DNA of 63,999 nt, counting the filler, from Folioceros fuciformis (taxonomy: Eukaryota), in assembly GCA_049999805.1 (NCBI GenBank). It is 4 parts of 3 records of this genome, joined end to end, with 100 filler letters (N's around TTAATTAATTAA, not from the genome) between each part and the next. Parts side by side here need not be neighbours in the genome. Positions count along the whole stretch, not along the records: positions 31,877 to 59,536 come from JBNGIO010006274.1; positions 59,637 to 62,228 come from JBNGIO010006297.1; positions 62,329 to 63,999 come from JBNGIO010006386.1; 1 more part is not named here. One strand, given 5' to 3'. Below the pieces are notes generated by a model that did no database searches, was not told the origin of the DNA, and saw only the letters and a list, made by a program, of their open reading frames with translations. A program made the translations under genes and the position numbers. Shown piece after piece: positions 54,356 through 63,999 of the stretch (its first letter is position 1; the number at the start of each line of letters is the position of its first letter).

Positions 54356-56020
54356 TTAGTTACTAGATCGTTTATCAGGAACCTTTTCAATAAGCTCCGG
54401 GAGTACTTGGAACAGATCCGCTGCTAGCCCATAGTCGGCAACCTGAGCATCCGGCAGCACATTACACACAAATTACAGAAAGTCCTGAGGTCCAAGGAGA
54501 GCGGGCGAGAAATAAGCATTCACAATTTTGTTTCCATTTCCTCAACAGTAACCTCGAGTCTACAGAAACACACATCCCAATAATTGAGCTTCTAACCTGG
54601 AAGATGGGAGCATCCGCATCTTTGTTGATGGCAACGATAACTTTGGAGTCTTTGATGCCAGCCAGGTGTTGGATAGCCCCTGATACTCCGATAGCTATAT
54701 ACAGATTGGGGGCCACAATCTTACCCGTTTGGCCTATTTGCATGTCATTGGGTACAAATCCAGCATCCACTGCAGCCCTGGATGCCCCAACTGCAAACAG
54801 CAGCCTGCGAGTAAGTTCCCCTTTCAACCAACGAAAGGGAAGGGAGGCTGTAAAGCAAGGATGAAAGACCAGTACCTGCGCCACCGAGCTTGTCGGCCAG
54901 CGTCTCCAGCATCTTGAAGTTTTCAGCACTTTTCAGTCCACGTCCACCTGAGATGACAACTTTTGCACTTCCGAGCTCCGGACGGTTTGAAGGCTGTAAA
55001 TGCTGGCCAACCCACTCAGAGGTTGGAGTGCCATCTGCTCAACGGTGCACGACGTAAGGTAAGCAAAGCAAAGGTGTGGAGGAGCCATCATCAAGAGGCC
55101 AGTAATGAAAGACATGCCCACCTGTATGGAGTTGTGATGCATCGAAGGGAAAAATGGGTGCCTGAGCCACCCCTGACAGAGGCAATCCAGAAACTGCTTG
55201 AAACGCAGTCGGTCGGACAGTGAGCAGACATGGGCCTGAGCCTTTGTAGCGGATTGTGCTCAAAGCATTCCCTGCATACATAGGTCTAGAAATCTGGATT
55301 CAGCTTCCGTCGCAGCACTTGCAACTGACAAGACACTGTTGTCCTCGGTACTCACCTCACGAAAGTACGTTGGTCCACGATGCGAACTACATCAGAAATG
55401 GCTGATACTTCCAGGAGCGCAGCAGCCCTAGGAAGGATGCTCTTTCCTGTCGATGACGCTGCAGCCACAAGATGAGAATAACCCCCCTTTTTCTGCACCT
55501 GGACCAACAGCTCGGCCCATGGCTCTGCTAATGCGTGCTGGAGATACTCGGAATCGGCTACCAGCACCTGGGAAGGAAAAACAATAGGTTAGCACGGTGG
55601 CCTAGCCCGCTTGCTCTCATCGTAAAGCCCTGGCTTGGGTTTGGGCTCGGAAGTCTGGGACGTTACCGCGGATATGGCAGGATGAGAAGTGGATGCATGA
55701 ACCGCAGCTGCGTGCAGCGCAGGCCCAGACCCGGCCAGGAGCAAAGACACCTTGCTGCCCTCCTCCAAGGCAGCAGCCGCTGATACGGCGCTCAGTGACG
55801 AAGCCTTCAACGATCCGCCTTCGTGTTCCCCTAACACCAGAGTGCTCGCCTGTCATCAAACAATGGAAAGACTTGAGTTGTTGGGCGCCTGACACAGCAG
55901 CAGCAGGTAAGCCGAGAGAGACCTCACCGCGCGAGTTGCTCCAGCCGAGAAACGATGTGCGCTCGCAGACCAGCCCCGCCGCAGGCATGAGTGTGCAACT
56001 GTGTGAATTTTAGCAGCCAT
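54356..56020 (-). CDS. ETFA: Electron transfer flavoprotein subunit alpha, mitochondrial, multi-exon
   Basis: [72 protein letters not shown] and VADYGL. Confidence 0.96.
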
Positions 56021-56280
56021 GGCAAGCCCACCATTTGAATTATCCAGGCACGTCACGCCTATCCGTCAGCACATATATAGGCAGGAGGCAAACACTGCAA
56101 GCCTGGATCTCGAACGCGCTCCTATCTCTAGGTGCATGCTCGGGAGAACACATGGTTCATAAAAACGGAGCGGAAGGCACTCTGGTGTAGTAACACACAC
56201 GTAGACTACATACATACACGGTGTCAGCGGGTGGAGGAAGTGGCAGGCAGTTGTTTGTTGTTTGCCCTTGCCCTGGACCA

Positions 56281-57358
56281 ATGCATCAGCCTTGCGTACC
56301 AGCGGCGCAGCAAGTGTGGTGCGGGAGCTCTCTGGCCCTGCGGGCTCCTCCGTGCGGCCGCCTGAAACCGCACTTCCAGCTCTGTAAGCTTAGCCTAGGG
56401 CGGGAGCGAAGGAGATTGTGCGGAAGAAGTCATGCATTCTCGGCTTGCCAGCGTCTTGTTCCAGGAGCAGTGAGGGGTCAAGCGGACACGGACACGAACA
56501 CGGACCAGCTCAAGGTAGGAGCCGCAGAGGTGGATGATGGTGGTGACGATGATGTTGCCTTGATGATGTGTGAGAGGAAAGGAATGAGGCTGCAACCAGA
56601 GTGTTGTGGTTTAGGGCACAGACATAGAGGCAGCAGACATGGAGGCCATGGATGAGGGTGAGCTGGATGAGCTGTTCGAGGAGTTTGGGGAAGTGGTTGT
56701 CCCTGACTCTGGGGATCGAACACCTACCTCTGAGGTGGATGATGATTCAGAAAGCCTGGCATGTGAGTCGTCATGTGGCTTTCGTGGTGGGATGGTGGTG
56801 GCCGTGGCTGCCTTCTTTCGCGGTTGTAAGTTTTAAAGGCTTGTCTGGTTGCAGTTGCCATTGCCATCGCTGAGGCGGCCAACGAGGTGAAGGCTGGGGA
56901 CATCAAGGTCTTGTTTGTGAAGCCGTTGATCTACTGGACCCGCTTCTTCGTCCTGGCCACCGGATTCTCCAAGCCTCAAATCGGTGCCATAGCGTATGTC
57001 CCATGGCTTAACACCCCCTCTTCCTGCTATTCGTCATTCATCCCTTTCTCACTGCTTCCTTTTGTTGCAAGCAGGGATAGGATCAGAGAAGTTGGGGAGG
57101 GTTACAAGAGGGAGCCTCGAGGGGACCTGAAAGCAAACGCTTGGACACTTCTGGATTTCGGTGAGCCCCTCGCTTCTCATCAAAAGCCCTTCCAGATGAA
57201 ACAGTCTATCCTGAATGTGGGGTGACACGTGTTTGGTTGCAGGGGATGTGGTAGTGCATGTCTTCCAGCCCAAGGAACGGGCGTACTACAACCTGGAGGA
57301 GTTCTACGGGAACGCGCCCGTGGTAGAGCTGCCGTTCGAGTCTCGATCCACAGACTAG
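56281..57358 (+). CDS. Iojap/RsfS ribosomal silencing factor, plastid type, multi-exon (start tentative)
   Basis: AEAANEVKAGDIKVLFVKPLIYWTRFFVLATGFSKPQI, NAWTLLDF|GDVVVHVF and ERAYYNLEEFYGNA. Confidence 0.93.
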
Positions 57359-57681
57359 ATTACTGTAATTTCTGCGGCCCTCTCTCTCCAGCCCTGACAG
57401 AGCTGGCCAGGGCCCAGCAGGATTCCGTTTGTCGGTTCCCATCAGAAGGAAAACTGTGAGGGGGCCTTACGGGGGACGCAAGTTAGGCCCCGCTTCATTC
57501 ATGCACCAACTCTAGACCCTGAAATTTTGTCCGGGGAAGTAATATTTGTCCAGGGTACGATGATTGTGCAGTCCACTGACGCACCGAGCCTGGCCGAGTT
57601 CACATTATTGAGGCTAGGCTACTCACTTGAGGTTGGCCTCCGTCCGTAAAAGGTCTGCGTACAGTCCGCCGTCTCTAAATA

Positions 57682-57935
57682 TTAGAGGTTTGGGTACTCC
57701 CTAGTTCTTATATCTCTATAAGAGGTTTGGGTACTCCCTAGTTGTTATACCTCTATAAATGTTAGAGGTTATAAATGTAATGTTAGAGGTTATAAATGTT
57801 AGAGGTTATAAATGTTAGAGGTTTGGGTACTCCCTAGTTGGGGAGAGGTTAGAGGTTTGGGTACTCCCTAGTTGGGGAGAGGTTATAAATGTTAGAGGTT
57901 TGGGTACTCCCTAGTTGGGGAGTAAGGCTAAATGT
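57682..57935 (+). repeat. Mixed short tandem repeats (AGAGGTTTGGGTACTCCCTAGTT x5; AAATGTTAGAGGTTAT)
   Basis: Read directly from the sequence, immediately inside the putative pogo terminus. Confidence 0.9.
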
Positions 57936-58159
57936 TATTTTTTTTATAAATGTTATATGTTACTTGTTTTAGAAAAATAGGCACTCCCAATCATTATAGT
58001 CCAATTCTATAAATATTATTTTTATTTTTTTAATATATAATATATATTATACTTAAAATAGTATGGATAATATTAATATCTAATTTGTCCAATCACAATG
58101 GAGACTTGGATGGGCCCAAAGCAAGAAAAGGCCAATCATAATATAGGACTTAGATGGGC

Positions 58160-58685
58160 CCAAAGCAAGAGAAGGAGGAGGGAGCAAGGAGCAAAAGGGA
58201 ACAAGGAGCAAGAGGGAGTAAGGGAGCAAGGAGCAAGAGGGAGCAAGGGAGTAAGGAGTAAGAGGAAGCAAGGAGGGCCAAGCAAAAGTGGAAGGAGAGA
58301 GCAAGGGGGAACAAGGAGCAAGGAGCAAGAGGAAGCAAAGAGGCCTAAGCGAATGTGGAAGGAAAGAGAGCAAGAGAGAGCAAGGAGCAAGAGGAAGCAA
58401 GGAGGCCTAAGCGAAGGTGGAAGGAAAGAGAGCAAGAGGGAGCAAGGAGCAAGAGGAAGTAAGAGGGAGCAAGGACCAAGAGGAAGCAAGAAGGAGCAAG
58501 GACCAAGAGGAAGCAAGAGGGAGCAAGGACCAAGAGGAAGCAAGAGGGAGCAAGGAGCAAGAGAGAGCAAGGAGCAAGAGGGACCAAGGAGCAAGAGGGT
58601 ACAAGGCACAAGAGAGAGAAGAAGAGCGAGGGAGAAGGGAAGGGAGAAGAAGGAGAAGACAAGAGAAGGAGACCAAGAGAGAAGT
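58160..58685 (+). repeat. Purine-rich low-complexity repeat (GAGCAAG-based, partly 27-bp period)
   Basis: Almost T-free G/A tract with recurring GGAGCAAGGACCAAGAGGAAGCAAGAG. Confidence 0.88.
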
Positions 58686-59157
58686 AAGTATGTATTTATG
58701 TATATAGGAGTGTATGAAGTAAAAAATAATAATTATATTTTCTTTTTAATTTGGTTTAATATTTATTATTTCATGCATTATTTTTCATTATTTTTTCTTA
58801 TTTCCTGATGGTTTTAAGCCCCGGAAATCCTATAACTATCTATCTTGGCAGTTTTTTTTTTTTTAACGCTTTTATGTGGCTTGGGAAGGAATATGTTACC
58901 ACATTCAAATTGTAATAGGTTTTTGTAACTCTTGTATTTATTATTGAAGGCTTTTGATCTAACTTGTGTTCTCCATCCAGGTACGTTCTGCTTGTTAACG
59001 TGAAATGCGTTAGGACATCGTCATACAAAAAAGCTTCTAAAATCACATATTTGGAGGTATGTTTCTATATTAGATTTGGGATACTTTGTATTTCATTATT
59101 TTGAGTACTCAATTATTAAATTGTATGTTTGTAACTTTTGCTTTTCTTAGGGTGAAT

Positions 59158-59195
<38 letters not shown>

Positions 59196-59536
59196 AGTAA
59201 GAGGCAGTGCTTGAAGAAAGAAATAATATTATACAAAGATGCTCATAGTGGAGCTACTAATCGAGAGGTTAGTGCTTGGGCTTCTCATCAATTCAGCATG
59301 CCAGTTTCTGCTATGACCATAGGTCGAATTTTCAAGAAGGGAAATAAGTTTCGAAACGTCAAGGATCATGAAGCTAACTCTAAACGAAGTAAGGATACAT
59401 TTCATCCCAAGGTTGAGGAGGCTTTGTTTTCATGGTTTGTGACGATGGAAGGAAATGTCACTATCTCTGACAATATGTTGTGTGAAATGGGAAAACAGTT
59501 CTTTGATAGGTTACCAGAAGCAGAAAGGTTGGAAAA

Positions 59537-59636
59537 NNNNNNNNNNNNNNNNNNNNNNNNNNNNNNNNNNNNNNNNNNNNTTAATTAATTAANNNNNNNN
59601 NNNNNNNNNNNNNNNNNNNNNNNNNNNNNNNNNNNN
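59537..59636. other. Artificial assembly linker (N44-TTAATTAATTAA-N44)
   Basis: Same 100-bp spacer as at 31777. Confidence 0.95.
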
Positions 59637-62228
59637 GTTCACATTCATATCGGGGATGGGTCCCGACAGGTTATTATAGCCCAAATTCAAGTCGGTGAGT
59701 GGTAATTCTCCCCATCTCGAGGGGAGCTTCCCGTAGAAATAATTGTTGCTTAACTCGAGAAATTTCATTTGAAAGCGTTGCTCCAATAGGTCAAGGTTTT
59801 TGGTGAACTTTCGGGCTGCAAGGTGAATTGGAACAAGACACACATGCTGTGTCTTCACATGGAGGGGGAACCCCCTCAGTGTATTAACCACATCAAGCGA
59901 GTGACCTTGGGCTCTACCCACAAGTATTTGGAACTTCCCTTTCAAGAGGGTGAGGAGAATGGGAAGATTGGGAAGTATGTCTGCCTCAGGTTCATTCACA
60001 AAGCGGCTAGTTTACAATTGCTGGAGCTCAACTTGGCAGGTAGGCTAGTGGTGATCAACCACATCCTTATTGCCTCTTTATGGTACTTTCTGTTTTTTGT
60101 GGGCGCCTTCTAAAATAGAGGTGAAGCGCTTACAACAGGTGCTGACCTCTTTCCTATGGAAGCGTTTGGGGGATGGTATGGCTGGGTGTTCTAAAGTGGC
60201 TTGGCAACATATTATTCAAGCGTGTGGAATGGGGGGGCCTAGGGGTGGTGGACCCAGTTGCCAAGATGAAAGTTTTGCATGTTCAATGGGTTGTTAGGGC
60301 AGCGGATCTGGCATACTACCCTTGGAAGAGTCTGCTAACACAGCACTTGGATGGCACCCAAGCTGTCCCCAGGGGTAGGAGGTCTATTCACAACATTCTG
60401 GCTAACAAACCGCTACTTGATACTGCAGGAGGCTCCCCGCTCTTTAAGTCCATCTGGAACAGTTACTTGGAGGTCAAACATTATCTTATCCCGGGCACCT
60501 CCTCTCATTTGAATGATGTTCTGGGCATTCCTCTGTAAGGCTTCTCGAGGTTATGGGTACGGGAGTTCAGGTCAAGGGTATATTGATCACAAATTTTTGG
60601 GCTGGCTTGTCGCAAAGGCGTTATCCAGCTTGGGCATTTATGGAATTGATCAGAGTCCCGTTGGAAGGAGGTGGAAGAGGTCAGAAGGGAGTTTGGCGTA
60701 GGGGCCCAGCACGTCAGACTCATATTCTCGTGGTTGCACGAGGGGCTAGAGGAAAAGGTGCATTAGATCCTAAGGCAACAACCTACCGTAGGCGAGGAAG
60801 GGTGGTTTGCTTACTCCATGGATAGTAGTAGGGGAGTCGACTCAGAGGAGGAGGATAAACACGACGAAGCATTAGAGCTAGATAAGGCGATTTGGCTTGC
60901 GAGAGCTGACGGCAAAGAAATGTTGAAGTCGTTCAAGGTCTTGTCGCCTGACGGCTCTCTGGAAGTGCAAGGTAGGGACGACGGTGAAGGCCAAGGGGGG
61001 GAACTGCGGGCTAGAACTATAATCCGTAGGTCCATTCGGGCAGGGCGGTGGTGCATGTCTGGCGAACGCCCAATTGGGCCACAAACCTCTAATAAAGCAA
61101 AGGTTCTGTGCTAGTTCCGATTGGGTGAAAACTGGGCTCTAACCTTCAGACCAGATCTCTATAGGTGGCCCAAGCATCCAGGGTGCAAGAAGGCTACTTC
61201 TCGATCGTTTTTCAACTTCCCAACGGCGGACCCTTTCCTTTGGTTGGTGCGAGCACAGAAAATCAAGCAAAGACAACCAATGGCTCCCCGACTACAGTTA
61301 GCTAGATGGCGTCAAAAGGAAGCCATCAAGCTCCTATGGAACTCTGCAGGAGTCCCTCCCAAGGTCAGGTCTATGGTTTGGTGTTTCTTTCAAGCATGTT
61401 TGCCTAATGCAGATCGTTGGGATGGGCTTCTAGTTGCAATGGGGGAGGATGTGTGTCGATTGTGCACCGCTGGTGCCCCAAACAAGAGTCAACACATGTT
61501 CTTTCACTATTGCTTTGCCCAAGAGATCTGGGGGGAGGTGGGCAGGTGGCTTCGATTGATTTTTCCTGGAGCTAACCTCAAGATCACAAGTCAGTCAGCC
61601 TTATTTGGGCTGGACGCAGCCTCGGGCAAACCTCTCCTGAAGGCCCAATGGTGGGGCTTACTGTGGTCCTCTTGTCTTTTCTATCTCTGGGTTAATTGGT
61701 CCACGGTGGTCTATGGAGGACAGGAGCCGGCATCAGCGAAAGCTCTGTTATGGCGCATATGGGAACATTTATTGATTGCAGTAGAAGCCTTGGAGCAATC
61801 ACACCGGAAGCAGTTTAAGCGGAAAGACTTGAGGATGGCCAGCTTCCTTTCGCTTGGGAAAGATACGGGTTGGAATCACTCGTGCCCCTGGGGAAGGTGA
61901 GTCTTTAGGATCTTTGAGAGACTTCGAAGTGTGAGTATCAGTGTTTTAGGCAGGTGGCGGGTACCATAGTGTAGGGGAGCACTCTCTGTGCGCCTTGTCT
62001 TGAGTTTTGGACTTAAGCCTAGTCCACCCCCCTCTCTTTTGGTGCTCGATATATGTACATTCGTTGGCAGGGGGTTCCCATTGTATTGTAAGTGGGAGGA
62101 GTCTTCCACTCATAATCAGAATTATTTTCTTCGCAAAAAAAAAAAAACAAGACTCCCCAAAAACGAGTCCAACATGACTACATCAATCAAGTCACCCCCT
62201 GCAAGCTCAATTCTAGCCGTTTGCTTGA
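59637..62228 (-). pseudogene. Plant extracellular LRR (RLK/RLP-type) exon fragment split by a LINE insertion
   Basis: 62148-62228 encodes RIELAGGDLIDVVMLDSFLGSL and 59637-59773 encodes QMKFLELSNNYFYGKLPSRWGELPLTDLNLGYNNLSGPIPD. The two parts join in frame once the LINE is removed. Confidence 0.75.
59774..62147 (+). mobile_element. 5'-truncated L1-type LINE retrotransposon (RT C-terminus, zf-RVT, poly-A)
   Basis: KVNWNKT..KYLELP..LNLAGRLVVINHIL, KVAWQHI..WGGLGV and VPPKVRSMVW..CRLC..SQHMFFHYCFAQEIW, with frameshifts. Poly-A at 62135-62147. Confidence 0.9.
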
Positions 62229-62328
62229 NNNNNNNNNNNNNNNNNNNNNNNNNNNNNNNNNNNNNNNNNNNNTTAATTAATTAANNNNNNNNNNNNNNNN
62301 NNNNNNNNNNNNNNNNNNNNNNNNNNNN
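62229..62328. other. Artificial assembly linker (N44-TTAATTAATTAA-N44)
   Basis: Same 100-bp spacer as at 31777. Confidence 0.95.
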
Positions 62329-62757
62329 CCATATTTGAATTCCCTTGGTCAGGTACTCAACGTCAGGGACAAGGACTGTGTCCAGTCCATTAATGAGGAC
62401 AGCGACGGCAACCTCATTGCAAGCTGCCCACCTGTCCTTGTCAACTTGAGAACCTGATATGGGATCGGGTTCTGCAAAAGATCCACCAACCACACTCCAG
62501 CAACCTCTTGCGATCAAGATGGCTTTCATGCGCACTCTCCATACAGGGTACTTAGTGCCGTTAAACCTATCTTTTTCCTTCAAGTCTGACGTAAATGAGG
62601 GGGTTGTCATTTTCCTTGAGATTTGTGTGATAGGTGGATTCTGCCAGAAGTTAGCGGCAAGGTAAGCCGCTAAATCGACTTCACCTACGTCCTCCTCTGA
62701 GGAGGTAGAGTGGTGACTACTAGCTTGGTCACTGTCGTCCAAAACAAACCTGGACAT
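62329..62757 (-). CDS. Ty1/copia gag N-terminus (DUF4219/UBN2-like), truncated by a linker
   Basis: DRFNGTKYPVWRVRMKAILIARGCWSVVGG..WAACNEVAVAVLINGL..IQIW. Confidence 0.88.
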
Positions 62758-63255
62758 GCGAACTCTTCTAAGATCACTTCTTTGCTATGGTCAGAGTGAT
62801 AAAAAGATTGAGTTCGAATGTTGGTTGCTGTTACCGTTTGATCGTATGTTCATGAGAATACTAAGGACTGATGACTTGTGTCCAGGGGGCTCGATAGGAG
62901 AGACAGCCTGGGAGGGGGGGTCGAAAATCTGGTCTGACCAGAGGATCTGCCCTTTAACAAGCTATTTCCCTCATCGACCTTCCTGAGACAAAAGGTGCAC
63001 AGTCAAAGTAGACGACGCTTCATCTCATGCAACGTTTCAGTTAGCCTCCCTTTTTTTTTTGTTTTTAGGGTTTTCTAACTGACATGTCCCAAGCGCGGGA
63101 AACGACAGGTTAGGTGGACCTATCAAATGCAAGAAGACACGAGACTTGCAAGGGGACAGCAATGGCTTTGCGCCTGTTCTGGTCTGCACCAAAGGTCACT
63201 GCTGCTTTTGCTGTCGATTCGCATCTCCTGCCCTCCCCACCAGCGGAAGCAAAAG

Positions 63256-63912
63256 TCACAGGATGGAATCCCTCCTGGCTGGAGAAGATTCCGTTGAGAA
63301 GCCCTGACCAAGATCCATCTCCTTGAGTGATTCTGAAATCCTTGCAATCGCACTGTTGATTCTGCAGGTTTCTTGACCAAGAGTGAATTGGGTTCGGGCT
63401 ACTCCATCCTTCAATATGAGTTGATTTGACAGCACCCTCTGTAGAGTATCCTCGATCCTTTTCTCAAAATTTCGACTTGTTTTTGAGGAGCTCCCCTGAT
63501 TCCTATCCTGATGTCTAACAGGTACTAGCAGTGGGTTGTTTGCTAAAGGAACAAGGGGAGCTGCTCTATTGGAGATTTCGGGGATGATGGATTCGAGAGA
63601 AAACCGATTAGAGGGTGGCTTGTAGAACAAATCAGGATTTTGATGTCTGCTAAGGCAACGAGCACGGTAAAGGGAATGAACTCTGGAATTTCCCTCCTGC
63701 CTGCTAGCTGCTCTAGAATGACTAGCAGCACCACCTGAATGTGTGTCTACAAAATGTCTCAGCCAGATGTCTGGGTAGTTGGCCTCGTACAGGTCTAAGA
63801 CGTTGTCCAAAGCAGCAGGCAGATTGTTTTGTAATCGCTGGTAATTCTGGCGATTTCTCCTGCTGTTCTGTTGGCGTCTCCTTGCACGAGAGCCACCTCC
63901 TCCAGGCATCAT
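63256..63912 (-). CDS. Intact 218-aa ORF of unknown function between the primer-binding site and gag
   Basis: ATG about 29 nt after the PBS. Arg-rich N-terminus and helical/coiled-coil-like C-terminus. No family recognised. Confidence 0.55.
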   Translation of the reverse strand: MMPGGGGSRARRRQQNSRRNRQNYQRLQNNLPAALDNVLDLYEANYPDIWLRHFVDTHSGGAASHSRAASRQEGNSRVHSLYRARCLSRHQNPDLFYKPPSNRFSLESIIPEISNRAAPLVPLANNPLLVPVRHQDRNQGSSSKTSRNFEKRIEDTLQRVLSNQLILKDGVARTQFTLGQETCRINSAIARISESLKEMDLGQGFSTESSPARRDSIL

Positions 63913-63940
63913 GGCTTGAGGGATTGTCGGAGCATATCGG

Positions 63941-63999
63941 GCTCTGATACCATGTGTATTTTGCGGAGAGAGCAAGACAAAATACTATCGACTAAACTT
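63941..63999 (-). mobile_element. End of a 5' LTR (..CA) plus tRNA-iMet primer-binding site
   Basis: Minus strand reads ..AATACACA TGGTATCAGAGC. The canonical PBS is at 63941-63952. Confidence 0.88.

Larger units (their letters stand above)
57662..59536 (+). mobile_element. pogo/Tigger-like Tc1-mariner DNA transposon 5' part with a CENP-B-type HTH transposase fragment
   Basis: TA|CAGT start at 57660-57665, followed by subterminal repeats. ORF 59211-59536 reads KEIILYKDAH..EVSAWASHQF..VSAMTIGRIFK..HPKVEEALFSWF..ISDNMLCEMGK. Cut by a linker. Confidence 0.75.

Noticed and set aside
58098-58808. 236-aa ORF and overlapping Leu/Pro-rich antisense ORFs
   Set aside because: They stay open only because the purine-rich repeat lacks stop codons; the translations are low complexity.

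Overview
Eukaryotic nuclear DNA from a gene-dense plant genome with short introns (mostly about 70-180 nt). An ODF3/SHIPPO-repeat flagellar gene points to a land plant with flagellated sperm (hornwort-, moss- or lycophyte-like; inference). Positions 1-30.4 kb hold a compact run of intron-containing genes: PTF2/BRF2-like TFIIB factor, Raf-like kinase, a divergent Toc75, Gfo/Idh/MocA oxidoreductase, aldo-keto reductase, RPS17, RCC1-repeat protein, calumenin-like EF-hand protein, a plastid Rieske-fold protein, METTL5 and MPP-alpha. Positions 30.7-49.5 kb are a transposon island with tandem repeats, Ty3/gypsy and Ty1/copia remnants, a decayed ParB-like ORF, a probable DNA-transposase remnant and an 88-bp palindrome. 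Positions 50-57.4 kb hold ODF3-like, AIG2-like, ETF-alpha and iojap genes. These are followed by a pogo/CENP-B element, a LINE inserted into an LRR exon, and a copia 5' end with an extra ORF upstream of gag. Three 100-bp N/TTAATTAATTAA/N linkers are artificial joins, so the window is not necessarily contiguous. The most notable items are the all-cysteine Rieske-like protein, the Toc75 lacking the VRGY motif, the copia extra ORF and the ParB-like transposon ORF. Family calls rest on motif recognition only; no searches were run.
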